Positions 19,133 through 28,308 of a DNA stretch of 64,000 nt are shown here, piece after piece. The stretch's first letter is position 1. Each line of letters opens with the position of its first letter. Source of the stretch: Phycisphaerae bacterium (GTDB taxonomy: Bacteria; Planctomycetota; Phycisphaerae; SM23-33); NCBI GenBank assembly GCA_039683615.1, contig JBDKRA010000021.1:1-64000 (forward strand), read 5' to 3'. Under the pieces are notes generated by a model. The model was given only the letters and a program-made list of their open reading frames with translations. It ran no database searches and was not told the origin of the DNA. The position numbers were made by a program, and so were the translations under genes.

Positions 19133-19699
19133 ATGTCCATGACAAACCAGGAACCGCCCGACTTGATCGACCGCTGTCGCCGAGGCGACCAGGCGGCGTT
19201 TGATGCGTTGTACGCGCGGCATGCGCCGCGGGTGGCGGCGTTTCTGCTGCGCAGCGGGTTTGTGCAGGCCGACGCCGAGGACTTGGCCCAGGAAACATTT
19301 CTGCGGGCCTACCGCGGGCTGGACACGTACGACGCGGCGCGCGGGGGCTTTGGCGGCTGGATCGGCGCCATCGCGCGAAATGTCGCGCGACGGCATTGGG
19401 CGCGGCGCGTGACGCCGGAGAATTTCGACCCGGACCTGGCGGACGATATCTTTGCCTCCGACGGCGACGAGGCCCCCCAGCAGGCGATGACGGCAGAGCA
19501 GTACGAGGCGGTGCGCCTCTGCCAGAGCGCCTTGCCGCGCGAGTTGCAGCGGCTGATTTATCTGCGGTACGTCGAGGGGCGCAGTATGCGCGGCGTCTCT
19601 CAGGCGATGGACCTGCCCGAAGCTACCGTGCGCCTGCGCCTGACCGGCGCGTACGGGATGCTGCGGCGGTGCCTGCGCGAGAAAGGTTTCGCGGTTTGA
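19133..19699 (+). CDS. ECF-type RNA polymerase sigma-70 family factor
   Basis: Region 2 (FDALYARHAPRVAAFLLRSGFVQADAEDLAQETFLRAYRGLDTYD) and region 4 (LPRELQRLIYLRYVEGRSMRGVSQAMDLPEATVRLRL). Confidence 0.8.
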   Translation: MSMTNQEPPDLIDRCRRGDQAAFDALYARHAPRVAAFLLRSGFVQADAEDLAQETFLRAYRGLDTYDAARGGFGGWIGAIARNVARRHWARRVTPENFDPDLADDIFASDGDEAPQQAMTAEQYEAVRLCQSALPRELQRLIYLRYVEGRSMRGVSQAMDLPEATVRLRLTGAYGMLRRCLREKGFAV

Positions 19700-19746
19700 T
19701 TTATGCGCTGTCGGGCCGCGGACGGATATAGAAGACAGAGGACGCT

Positions 19747-20874
19747 ATGAACGAGGCTCAGCAACAACCTCAAGACGCGCTGGAATCGCTGCTGCGAAAG
19801 AGCGGCGCCCGGCAGGCCCTCCAGCAGGCCCACGCGGGGCAGGCCCCGGCCATGGGGCAGGAGATCGCGGACATGACACAAGCGCAAGAACCTCCCTCCG
19901 ACCAACCCCCCGCGCCGCTGCCGGAAGTGGACGAGCCCATCCCCGTCGACCCGCGAAAGTTTGGCGCCAACACCTGGCTGAGCCGTCTGATCCCGCTGTC
20001 GGTGGCCGCGGCGCTGGCGGTGGTGGCTGGAATCCTCCTGTACAACTATCGCAACACCGACGCCGGCAAGAACAAGGACATCCAGGCGCTCAAGGCGCGA
20101 CTGGTGCAAGCCGATGCCGCCAACGCCCTGGCCAGAAAGTCCATCGGCGAACAGGAAAGCGCCATCCAGCGCCTGCAGGGGGAAAAGGCCCAGGCTGACG
20201 AAGACCTTGCCAAGCTCAAGGTCGAATTGCAGAACGCCCGACTGCAGGGGGCCTCGGACAAGACGCGCGCCACGCAATTGGGCGAGCAGGTCGCCCAGCT
20301 CCGCAAAGACCTCGATGAGTCGCAGAAACTCAACGCCCAGCGCCAGGCGCAGGCCGAAGAGCTCAGCGCGAACATGGCCGCGATGGTCCGGGAAGTCGAC
20401 GCCAAGAAAGACAAGAACGAGAAGATCCGCGAGGAACTTCAGCGGACCATGGCCGAGTATCACCAGGGCATCGCCCAGCAGAACAACGCCGTCCGCCAGT
20501 ACCAGGCCCTGCGACAGCAGTATGCGGCCCTCTTCGAAAGCGCCCAGCAGGCGTACCTGGGCGTCAAGGGCGGGCAGAATGAAAGTCTCGACGCGCGGCA
20601 GGCGGCCCTGAAGCGGTCCAACCTGCTCAAACGATTGACGGCGCTGCGGCAGCAATCGATGTCCGAGGCCGGCCGCAGGGCCTTGGAAACCAGCGAAGTG
20701 CTGTTGACGCGCCTGGGGATGGTCAACGCGGCGATGCCCGCCGAGGTGCAGGAGTTCCAGTCGCTGCTCAAGCGCAGCGGCGTGGCCGACCAGATCGATG
20801 CCGTCCTGGCCGGCGCCGTCGAGAGCGAAGCCCTGCGAGGCTGGCTCTTTGAAGCGAAGATGATCCTGGGCTGA
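19747..20874 (+). CDS. Coiled-coil membrane protein (one TM helix then a long coiled-coil); possible atypical anti-sigma or partner of the upstream ECF sigma
   Basis: 375 aa. TM segment LIPLSVAAALAVVAGILLY followed by heptad-rich, Q/A/E/K-rich sequence; located 48 nt downstream of the sigma factor. Confidence 0.45.
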   Translation: MNEAQQQPQDALESLLRKSGARQALQQAHAGQAPAMGQEIADMTQAQEPPSDQPPAPLPEVDEPIPVDPRKFGANTWLSRLIPLSVAAALAVVAGILLYNYRNTDAGKNKDIQALKARLVQADAANALARKSIGEQESAIQRLQGEKAQADEDLAKLKVELQNARLQGASDKTRATQLGEQVAQLRKDLDESQKLNAQRQAQAEELSANMAAMVREVDAKKDKNEKIREELQRTMAEYHQGIAQQNNAVRQYQALRQQYAALFESAQQAYLGVKGGQNESLDARQAALKRSNLLKRLTALRQQSMSEAGRRALETSEVLLTRLGMVNAAMPAEVQEFQSLLKRSGVADQIDAVLAGAVESEALRGWLFEAKMILG

Positions 20875-20886
20875 CGAGGACCCACC

Positions 20887-21414
20887 ATGCGAATCAGACT
20901 ATGGCAATGTGCGATGATTGCGGCCGCCGCCGGCATGATGGGATGTGCCTCGATGAAGGAAATGCAGTTTCCCAAGATGCAGATGCCGTGGCAGAAGAAA
21001 GCTCCCCCGGTCGAAGCGGCCGCCCCGCCGATGACGAGCGTCAAACCCGCCGAGGCGATGGCCACCTTCCATGAAGGACTTGCGCTGCTGGCCGAGCTGC
21101 ACTACGCCCAGGCGGCGGTCAAGTTCCAGTCAGTCGTCAACCCGCTCGACGAGGCCGGCGACCGCAAGCACGCCAGCGAGGCGTTCTTCTGGCTGGGCTA
21201 CTGCTGCGAGAAACAGGGCATGATCGACAAGGCCAAGCCGCTCTACCAGCAATTGGTCAAGGTCTACGGCGACACCCCGGCCGCCGACCTGGCCCGTCAG
21301 CACTTGGCCGACATCGGCGCCGGCGCAGTTCCGCCGGCCCCAGCGCCTCAAGCGCCGGCCGACCTCGAGGCGCGATATCCCGCGTCGACCCAACCGGCGG
21401 TGGAAGTGAAATGA
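20887..21414 (+). CDS. Lipoprotein with TPR-like (YbgF-like) C-terminal domain
   Basis: Lipobox AAAAGMMGC; TPR-like FFWLGYCCEKQGMIDKAKPLYQQLVKVYGDTPAADLA. Confidence 0.5.
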   Translation: MRIRLWQCAMIAAAAGMMGCASMKEMQFPKMQMPWQKKAPPVEAAAPPMTSVKPAEAMATFHEGLALLAELHYAQAAVKFQSVVNPLDEAGDRKHASEAFFWLGYCCEKQGMIDKAKPLYQQLVKVYGDTPAADLARQHLADIGAGAVPPAPAPQAPADLEARYPASTQPAVEVK

Positions 21415-21545
21415 CCCCAAATCACAAGCTCCAAACCACAAAAGCAAAGAACCAGGCAACAGACTGCAAATCTCAAGACAAATTCCTACGGGACAGATGA
21501 GGATGTTTGCTCTTTTGTCGTTCTTTGAGGTTTAGCTTCTTGTTT
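21415..21545. repeat. Long A/C-rich imperfect palindrome, second copy of the 9551-9720 family
   Basis: ccaaatcacaagctccaaaccacaaaagcaaagaacc ... ggttctttgtagtttgtgattcc. Arms share the aatcacaa.ct.caaac.acaaa motif with 9551-9720. Confidence 0.6.
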
Positions 21546-21599
21546 GTTCTTTGTAGTTTGTGATTCCCCGCCTCGTCGGCGGGCGGGTACTATGCCCTC

Positions 21600-22463
21600 A
21601 TGAAATTGCGCCCTTACAGTCTTTCGCAGATGCAGTTCGACGATTTCTCGCTGGCGGGGTACAGCGTCGCCGGCGAGGAGACCATCATCATCGCCCCGGA
21701 ACTGGACTGCTGCTTTGACATCGGCAAGTGCCCGCGCGAGGCCCTGGCCGTCAATCACGTGCTGCTCTCGCACGGCCACGCCGACCACGTGGCCGGGCTG
21801 ACGTACTATTTCGCCCAGCGCGATTTCCAGGGCATCGAGGGCGGCACGGCGCTGGTGCCGGCCAATCTTGTCGGGCCGCTGGAAGACCTTATGAGCGCCT
21901 GGGGGCGCGTCGAGGGGCACGTCCCGCCGCACCGGTTCGTGGGGATGGTCGCCGGCGACGATTTCGAAGTCCGCCGCGGCCTCATCGTGCGGGCATTCGA
22001 GAGCAATCACATTCGCGGCTCGCTGGGCTTTTCCATCATCGATGTGCGCAAAAAACTCAAGAGCGAGTTCGACGGCCTGACCGGACCCGAGCTGGTTGAA
22101 CTCAAGAAGCGCGGCGTGCAGATCGACCACCGCATCGAGGTGCCGCTGGTGGCGTTCCTGGGCGACACCGGTCCTGCGCCGTACAAGAACCTGCCCCACG
22201 TCGCCAACGCCAAGGTGCTGCTGGCCGAGTGTACGTTCTTCGACGCCGAGCATCTCAGCCGCGCCCGCGCCGGCCGCCACACGCACGTGCAGGACCTGCC
22301 CCGCGTGCTGGAGGGCATGAACAACGAGCACATCGTGCTGATCCACGTGACCCGCCGCACCAACATGACCGAGGCCCGCAAGCTCCTGCGCCAAACCCTG
22401 CCCGCCGCCACGCTGGAACGCATCCACTTCCTCATGAGCCGAAAGTACATCGAGGAAGAATAG
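21600..22463 (+). CDS. MBL-fold metallo-hydrolase (RNase Z / beta-lactamase superfamily)
   Basis: HxHxDH motif LLSHGHADHVAGL plus downstream His/Asp ligands. Confidence 0.7.
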   Translation: MKLRPYSLSQMQFDDFSLAGYSVAGEETIIIAPELDCCFDIGKCPREALAVNHVLLSHGHADHVAGLTYYFAQRDFQGIEGGTALVPANLVGPLEDLMSAWGRVEGHVPPHRFVGMVAGDDFEVRRGLIVRAFESNHIRGSLGFSIIDVRKKLKSEFDGLTGPELVELKKRGVQIDHRIEVPLVAFLGDTGPAPYKNLPHVANAKVLLAECTFFDAEHLSRARAGRHTHVQDLPRVLEGMNNEHIVLIHVTRRTNMTEARKLLRQTLPAATLERIHFLMSRKYIEEE

Positions 22464-22618
22464 AGGCCGCGCCATCCGGTGCATTTGCGCTGGAAATAGT
22501 TTTTCGGCCCGAGTAGTCTGTGGCAGTCCTCTCCCGCGGCTTGGTTCGACGGGGCGGGAAATCCCTGTTGAAGTGGGAAGAACAGACGCGTGCGTCTGAC
22601 GTTTGAAAGGAGTTCGCC

Positions 22619-23209
22619 ATGGACTGGTGGAACGCTCTGGGAAACCCCGCGAAGGTTTTCTACTGCATGGCCGCGTTCTTCAGCGTCTTCCTGGTCTGGC
22701 AGATCATTGCCGCACTGCTGGGCTTCGGGGGAGATGACGACGGCCACGTCGATCACGGCGATGGGGACCATCATGATGCTGCGGCCTCGACTGCCGCCTT
22801 CAAGCTGCTCAGCGTGCGGTCGGTGGTGACGTTCTTCACGCTGTTCGCCTGGGCCGGCGCGCTGTATCTGACGCCGCCCGACGCCGTGCCGCTGTGGCGG
22901 GCGATGACGTGGGGCCTGCTCTGGGGGCTGGTGGGCATGGTCGTCGTGGCGACGATCTTCTACATGATGCGCCGCCTGACCGAGAGCGGCAATGTCTCCG
23001 TCAGCCAGTGCGTCGGCAGCAACGGCACAGTGTATCTTGATATCCCCGCCGGCGGTTGCGGACAGGTGCGGGTGCTGCTGGGCGGGCGCGTCAGCTTTAT
23101 CAAGGCCCGCGCCGCCGCTTCAGAGAATCTCAAGGCCGGCACGGCTGTGACCGTCCTTAAAACCATCGACTCGACGACCGTTGAAGTCGGTCCGGCCGAA
23201 TCCGTCTAG
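22619..23209 (+). CDS. NfeD-like membrane protein (partner of SPFH/flotillin proteins)
   Basis: 196 aa. N-terminal TM helices then a C-terminal OB-fold-like segment (GTVYLDIPAGGCGQVRVLLGGRVSFIKARA); immediately upstream of the flotillin gene. Confidence 0.6.
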   Translation: MDWWNALGNPAKVFYCMAAFFSVFLVWQIIAALLGFGGDDDGHVDHGDGDHHDAAASTAAFKLLSVRSVVTFFTLFAWAGALYLTPPDAVPLWRAMTWGLLWGLVGMVVVATIFYMMRRLTESGNVSVSQCVGSNGTVYLDIPAGGCGQVRVLLGGRVSFIKARAAASENLKAGTAVTVLKTIDSTTVEVGPAESV

Positions 23210-23220
23210 GAAGGAAACCC

Positions 23221-24741
23221 ATGGAACTGTTAATGCTTTCGGCGTCGCTGCTGGCACAGGACGAAGGTTCTCCGCGCGGGCTGATCCTGACGATCCTCCT
23301 GGCGATCGTCGCGCTGGTGCTGTTCATGACGCTGGTCAATCGGTACAAGCGCTGCCCGGCCAACCGGATCCTGGTGATCTACGGCAAGACCGGCAGCGGG
23401 GCAGCCAAGTGCGTCCACGGCGGGGCGGCGATGGTCTGGCCGCTGATCCAGGCGTACGAGTACCTCGACCTCGAGCCTTTCGTCGTGCCCATCGATCTGA
23501 GCAACGCCCTCTCGCGCGAGAACATTCGCGTGACCGTGCCCACGACGGTCACCGCGGCCATCAGCAACGAGCCGGGCATCATGCAGAACGCGGCCGTGCG
23601 ATTGCTGGGCCTGACCCGCTCGCAGATCCAGGACCAGGCCCAGGACATCATCCTCGGCCAGATGCGAGCGGTGCTGGCGACGATGCGCATCGAAGACATC
23701 AACCGCGACCGCCAGGCCTTTCTGGCGGCCGTCAACGACTCCGTCAGCGGCGAGCTGGAGAAGATCGGCCTGGCGCTGATCAACGTCAACATCCGCGACA
23801 TCGACGACGAGTCGGGATACATCGTCGCCCTGGGCCGCCGCGCCGCCGCCGAAGCGATTAACCAGGCCAACATCGACGTGGCCGAACAGGAAAAAGTCGG
23901 GCAGATGGGCGTGGCCGAGCGCAACCGCGACCAGCGCGTCGCCGTGGCGGCCGCCACGGCCGAGGCCAAGATCGGCGAGGCGACCGCCGAGCGCAACCGC
24001 CGCCAGAAGACGGCTGCCCTCGAAGCCGAAGCGGTCAACGCCGAGACGGCAGCCGAGGCCCAGAAAGCGGCCTATCGCGCCATCCAGTCGGTCGCCGAGC
24101 AGGAGGCCCGCAACAAGTCCGAGTCGGCTTCCCGCAGCGCCGACGGCGCCATCCGCGTCGCCGAGCAGATCGCCCAGAAGCAAGCCGAAGAAGCCAAGGC
24201 CCTGCGCGAGCAGGCCAGGCTCAACGCCGAGATCATCGTGCCCATCAACATCCAACGCGAGAAGGTCGTCATCGCCGCCGACGCGCGAAAGCAGGAAGCC
24301 ATCCGCATCGCCGAGGGCGAGGCCGAGGCCACCATCAAACGCATGACGGCCGAGGGGCGCGGCATCCAGGCTGTGCTGGGCGCCAAGGCCGAAGGATACA
24401 AGAGTCTCGTCGAAGCCTGCGCGACTGCCCAGCAGGCCGCCGGGCTGCTGCTGATCGAGAAGATGCAGGAGATCTCGGCCATCCAGGCCCAGGCCATCAA
24501 GGATCTGCCCATCGAAAAGATCGTCGTCTGGGACGGCGGAGGCAACGGCGGCGGCGGCGGAATCGAGGGCCTAGGCCGCCGGCTTATGGGCGTTCTGCCG
24601 CCGATCCACGAACTGGCCAAGCTGGTAGGCCTGGAACTGCCCGAGTACCTGGGCAAAGCCTCCAGCGAACCGAAGGCAGACGCCCCCGCCACGGCGGTGG
24701 TGCCCGACATTGTCGAAAAGAACGTTCCGCCCCGGGCGTAG
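23221..24741 (+). CDS. Flotillin-like SPFH/band-7 domain protein (FloA/YqiK type)
   Basis: 506 aa. N-terminal membrane anchor, SPFH core, long A/E/K/Q-rich coiled-coil (EAEAVNAETAAEAQKAAYRA...). Confidence 0.75.
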   Translation: MELLMLSASLLAQDEGSPRGLILTILLAIVALVLFMTLVNRYKRCPANRILVIYGKTGSGAAKCVHGGAAMVWPLIQAYEYLDLEPFVVPIDLSNALSRENIRVTVPTTVTAAISNEPGIMQNAAVRLLGLTRSQIQDQAQDIILGQMRAVLATMRIEDINRDRQAFLAAVNDSVSGELEKIGLALINVNIRDIDDESGYIVALGRRAAAEAINQANIDVAEQEKVGQMGVAERNRDQRVAVAAATAEAKIGEATAERNRRQKTAALEAEAVNAETAAEAQKAAYRAIQSVAEQEARNKSESASRSADGAIRVAEQIAQKQAEEAKALREQARLNAEIIVPINIQREKVVIAADARKQEAIRIAEGEAEATIKRMTAEGRGIQAVLGAKAEGYKSLVEACATAQQAAGLLLIEKMQEISAIQAQAIKDLPIEKIVVWDGGGNGGGGGIEGLGRRLMGVLPPIHELAKLVGLELPEYLGKASSEPKADAPATAVVPDIVEKNVPPRA

Positions 24742-24856
24742 CAGTTTCTTTGTTTATCGAACAACTGCTAAGCCGCAAGCGGCGAACCAATAAAAAGCGG
24801 CCCCTGTCGGACGTTCAGGGGCCGCTCATCTGCGCCGATGGTGCAGATGCGAAGCT

Positions 24857-25282
24857 TCAGAGCTCCGCGGGGGCAGCGTCGGCAATGGGGATGGTGTCGA
24901 TGGGGCGGTGGGCGGAAGGATCTTCGTTGACCTCGTGCCAGAATCGCACGCGGCCCTCGCCCAGGGCCCAGCAGAGGCGTATCTCGCGACCGGCGGCAAG
25001 GCTGGGGAAATCGACTGCCCCGCGCGACCAGTCGGTGATCTCGACGCCCAGGTCGTCGAGTTCCTGCAGGCAGCAGCGGATCCGGGTGACCGAGTGCGTC
25101 AGCAGGCCTTCGGTGCGACGGCGGACGTCGTCGTCGGACCCGCCGGCCTCAAGCGTTTCCTGATACTCGCCGAGGCGCTGGTAGTCGTCGACGATATCGG
25201 CCACCACCCGGGTCAGCAGCACCAGCGAGCGGTTGGCGTGCTCGATGCTGAAGTACCGCCGCCTCGCCCGGGCCGGCCTCAC
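24857..25282 (-). CDS. DUF2203 family protein
   Basis: RYFSIEHANRSLVLL...VDFPSLAAGREIRLCWALGEGRVRFWHEVNEDPSAHRPI matches my recollection of the DUF2203 pattern. Likely a GTG start at 25282; the longer ATG ORF (to 25540) adds an implausible Arg-rich leader. Confidence 0.5.
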   Translation of the reverse strand: MRPARARRRYFSIEHANRSLVLLTRVVADIVDDYQRLGEYQETLEAGGSDDDVRRRTEGLLTHSVTRIRCCLQELDDLGVEITDWSRGAVDFPSLAAGREIRLCWALGEGRVRFWHEVNEDPSAHRPIDTIPIADAAPAEL

Positions 25283-25448
25283 GTGCTGCGTCGCGTTGTT
25301 GAGTCTATTGGACACGCGAAAGTAACTATCGGCAAAACAGCACCCCCGACATGAGCCCGCCGCGGAAAAGGCCGAAATCCTCGCAAGTTCTTCATCTGCA
25401 TTTATTTGCATTTCCAACGAGGCCGCCGTCAGCGTAGAATTCGCAACA

Positions 25449-26384
25449 ATGTTCGGATTTCTCAACATCAACAAGCCGCCCGGGCCGACCAGCCACGACA
25501 TCGTGGCGGGCCTGCGCCGCCGGGCAGGCCGTGGCGCCAAGATCGGCCACGCCGGAACGCTCGACCCCTTCGCCCAAGGCGTGCTGGTGCTGTGCCTCGG
25601 ACACGCGACGCGGCTGGCCGACTACGTCCAGGCCGCTACCAAGAGCTACCGCGCGCAAGTCACCTTCGGCGCCGTCAGCGCGACCGACGATCCCGAGGGG
25701 CCCATCCGTAGCACGGGCGTCTCGCCCGTGGAATTCCAACCGGAGCAGGGGCAAGATGCCCCTGCGACTCATGGGCGAGACGCCCATGCTACTGTTCCAG
25801 ACGAATCTGCCGTGCGGGCGGCGCTGAAACAATTCACGGGAATGATATCCCAGGTGCCGCCTGCGCATTCGGCCGTGCATGTCGATGGGCAGCGCGCCTA
25901 CAAGCTCGCCCGCTCCGGCATGAGCGTCGAGCTTCAGCCGCGCAGCGTGAAGGTGTACGAGATCGCCCTGCTGAGTTACGACTGGCCGCACCTGGAGATC
26001 GACGTGCGCTGCCAGGCGGGCACGTACATCCGCTCGCTCGCGCGAGACATCGGCGCAACCCTGGGCGTGGGCGGTTACTGCTCCGCCCTGACGCGCACGG
26101 CCGTGGGCGAGTTCCGCCTGGAGAACGCTCTCGCCCCTGAGGCGGTCGATCTGTCGCGAGACCTCATCAATCCCCTGGTGGCCGTCCAACGCTTGCCGAA
26201 GTTGACGCTCGATGAAGAGCAGAGTAAGCGCATCACTATGGGCCAGCCGCTGCATCTTGCGGACGATCAATTGGCTGGAGCGGAAGAAGTGGTCCTGCTT
26301 TCCCCCGCCGGCGAGCTGCTGGCCTTGGCCCACCCCGGTCCGGCAGGCCTGCTCAAACCACGGAAGGTGTTTGTGAACGCGTGA
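25449..26384 (+). CDS. truB: tRNA pseudouridine(55) synthase
   Basis: MFGFLNINKPPGPTSHDIV...GHAGTLDPFAQGVLVLCLG with the catalytic Asp motif; carries an about 40-aa insertion compared with canonical TruB. Confidence 0.85.
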   Translation: MFGFLNINKPPGPTSHDIVAGLRRRAGRGAKIGHAGTLDPFAQGVLVLCLGHATRLADYVQAATKSYRAQVTFGAVSATDDPEGPIRSTGVSPVEFQPEQGQDAPATHGRDAHATVPDESAVRAALKQFTGMISQVPPAHSAVHVDGQRAYKLARSGMSVELQPRSVKVYEIALLSYDWPHLEIDVRCQAGTYIRSLARDIGATLGVGGYCSALTRTAVGEFRLENALAPEAVDLSRDLINPLVAVQRLPKLTLDEEQSKRITMGQPLHLADDQLAGAEEVVLLSPAGELLALAHPGPAGLLKPRKVFVNA

Positions 26385-26494
26385 GCTGAAGCGGCCTACC
26401 GACCCCGCGCAACGAAAAACGTTCCGCCGTAAAGGTCAGCGAATTGACAGGAAGGTCTTGATCTGGTCGAAGACCTGTCGGTCGCCGCGAATTT

Positions 26495-26941
26495 TCAGGT
26501 CGATGAATCCGCCAAAGAGGCGTGCTTCCAGACCGGCAGCTCGGGTAGCAGGCTCTGGGCTCGGCGGACGAGCTGGACGGCGATGCCCCAGGGGTCGCGG
26601 AGCATGGCGAACGTGTTGCCGTCGGCATCGGTGGTCGGCTCGTCGACGACGGCCGCCCCGGCGGCGGTCAGCGATTTGAATGTGCCTGGCACGTCCGCGC
26701 AGTCGAAGGCCACGTGCAGCGTCATCGGATGCAGCGCGGCGTAGTCGGGGATCCCGTCGGCGGGGCGGCTGTAGAGTTCCAGTACGCACCGCCCGGCCGC
26801 GTCGGCCAGGAACCGCCCGTTATGCGGCGGCGGGCCGGACCGCAAAATGCGCATCTCCAGATGCCGCACATACCAATCGGCCATCGCGGCCGCGTCCGGA
26901 ACGTTCAACGCCAAATGTTCGATGGAAGGCATGGGGAACAT
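26495..26941 (-). CDS. VOC family protein (glyoxalase / bleomycin-resistance / dioxygenase fold)
   Basis: IEHLALNVPD...HVAFDCADV...GAAVVDEPTTDADGNTFAMLRDPWGIAVQLV; the C-terminal tail is uncertain (alternative frame 26436-26789). Confidence 0.6.
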   Translation of the reverse strand: MFPMPSIEHLALNVPDAAAMADWYVRHLEMRILRSGPPPHNGRFLADAAGRCVLELYSRPADGIPDYAALHPMTLHVAFDCADVPGTFKSLTAAGAAVVDEPTTDADGNTFAMLRDPWGIAVQLVRRAQSLLPELPVWKHASLADSST

Positions 26942-27011
26942 GATAGTGGCATTACAGTCCGGGTGCTACGCACAACTCTGTTGTGCGTGTCTTTGGCGCG
27001 AACCGGGTAGT

Positions 27012-27038
27012 CGCCGCTGAGGTCGCTGAGGACGCTGA
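27012..27038. repeat. GCTGAGGTCGCTGAGGACGCTGAG repeat, left copy flanking the low-GC gene
   Basis: Perfect 22-nt inverted partner at 27603-27625; same unit as 3745-3823. Confidence 0.7.
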
Positions 27039-27118
27039 GAAAAGCAGAAAAGTGGTTGAAGAAGATATCGGCACTATTCATAATTTGTTTCGACTACCTG
27101 TGACTTAGGAGAATCGAA

Positions 27119-27589
27119 ATGTTTCACTTCATCAGACGTCTGCGGGAATCCCGAAAGCGGCGGAAGGAACAAGTGGAACAAGAGCGTGCCGCTGCCTTGG
27201 AGAAGTTCACGCAACGACAGATGAATCCGCAATACGACTTAATTGCGGAGATCTATGGCAAGCCGATCTCACAGTCGCTTCGTGCCCTCTATGACAACAA
27301 GGTGGAGATTCTCAAGGAAAACGTGGAGAAGATTGTCCCTGGGCAGTCCGAAGACAGGTGGTTGTGCATCTCGTGGTATGACCCCATGGATCGCGAACAT
27401 ATCGAAGAGCAATGGAATCCAGAGTCAAGATGTTACGAATTTGCCGATGACGGATCGGGCAGTAAATATGTCGTGGACCCGACTGATGATAATGCCCAGA
27501 TATACTACTTCGATCACGAAGGCCAAGAAATGAAACCTACAGGCGCAACGATGGTGCAATTCCTTTCTCTCGAAGAGTCACATGAGTAA
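27119..27589 (+). CDS. SMI1/KNR4 (SUKH-1) family immunity-like protein, low GC
   Basis: 156 aa. YEFADDGSGSKYVVDPTDDNAQIYYFDHEG fits the SUKH pattern (FADDGGGN...VYFxDHE). GC about 48% against a roughly 67% background. Confidence 0.55.
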   Translation: MFHFIRRLRESRKRRKEQVEQERAAALEKFTQRQMNPQYDLIAEIYGKPISQSLRALYDNKVEILKENVEKIVPGQSEDRWLCISWYDPMDREHIEEQWNPESRCYEFADDGSGSKYVVDPTDDNAQIYYFDHEGQEMKPTGATMVQFLSLEESHE

Positions 27590-27602
27590 TTGACTTTTTC
27601 TT

Positions 27603-27625
27603 CCTCAGCGTCCTCAGCGACCTCC
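27603..27625. repeat. Inverted copy of the GCTGAGG repeat, right flank of the low-GC gene
   Basis: cctcagcgtcctcagcgacctc is the exact reverse complement of 27016-27037. Confidence 0.7.
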
Positions 27626-27756
27626 CGCCTTCGCCAAGGCTTCGGCGAGGCAAGCAGCGGCTAATCCTGCTCCTGGATAGCGGCGAACAGTTTATAATCA
27701 GGGAACGAATTAACCTGCGGGTCCGTTTACTGGGGTGGCGGAAAGCGCTGCGGTGG

Positions 27757-28308
27757 ATGGCCGATAGGAAAGACTTTGAGACGATCGCCTTGCCTTGGCT
27801 TGACGCGGTGTACCGCGCGGTCGCGGCGCTGTGCCATGACCCCGCGACGGCTGAGGATCTGACTCAGGCGACGTTTCTCAAAGCCTTTGAAAACTTCAAG
27901 ACGTTCGAGCCGGGCACCAGTTGCCGCGCGTGGCTGATCCGGATTATGCGAAACGGCTGGATCGACCGCCTGCGACACCGGCAGGTGACGGGAACGCCGG
28001 TCGAACTCGACGAGAACCTGGTGGTCGCACGGCAAGAGCCGGAAGCGACGGCCTGGAGCGACGCGGAGGACCTGCTGGAGAATTTTTCGGACGAGCGGGT
28101 GATCGCGGCGCTGCGCCAGTTGACGGACGACCAGCGGCTTTGCCTGTTCCTCAGCGACGTCGAGGGGCTGGGGCAGGACGAGGTCGCGGCAATCATGGGC
28201 GTGGCGGTGGGCACGATCAAGAGCCGCACGCACCGGGCGCGGGCGATTCTCAAGGCAAAACTCGAGGCCCATGCCAACGAGCTTGGCCTGGGGCCGGGAA
28301 GACGATGA
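27757..28308 (+). CDS. ECF-type RNA polymerase sigma factor
   Basis: Region 2 (LTQATFLKAFENFKTFEPGTSCRAWLIRIMRNGWIDRLR) and region 4 (LSDVEGLGQDEVAAIMGVAVGTIKSRTHRARAIL). Confidence 0.85.
   Translation: MADRKDFETIALPWLDAVYRAVAALCHDPATAEDLTQATFLKAFENFKTFEPGTSCRAWLIRIMRNGWIDRLRHRQVTGTPVELDENLVVARQEPEATAWSDAEDLLENFSDERVIAALRQLTDDQRLCLFLSDVEGLGQDEVAAIMGVAVGTIKSRTHRARAILKAKLEAHANELGLGPGRR

Noticed and set aside
19600-20655. 351-aa antisense ORF opposite the coiled-coil gene
   Set aside because: Shadow of the Q/A/E-rich coiled-coil coding sequence (a Leu/Arg-rich complement), with no start context.
24908-25354. 148-aa plus-strand ORF opposite the DUF2203 gene
   Set aside because: The minus-strand frame carries a recognisable conserved family pattern; the plus-strand ORF is G/A/R-rich.
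26436-26789. Possible frameshift in the VOC gene (two overlapping minus-strand frames, 26495-26941 and 26436-26789)
   Set aside because: The 148-aa frame already contains a complete VOC core. The second frame is probably a GC-rich shadow ORF; it cannot be resolved without homolog alignment.
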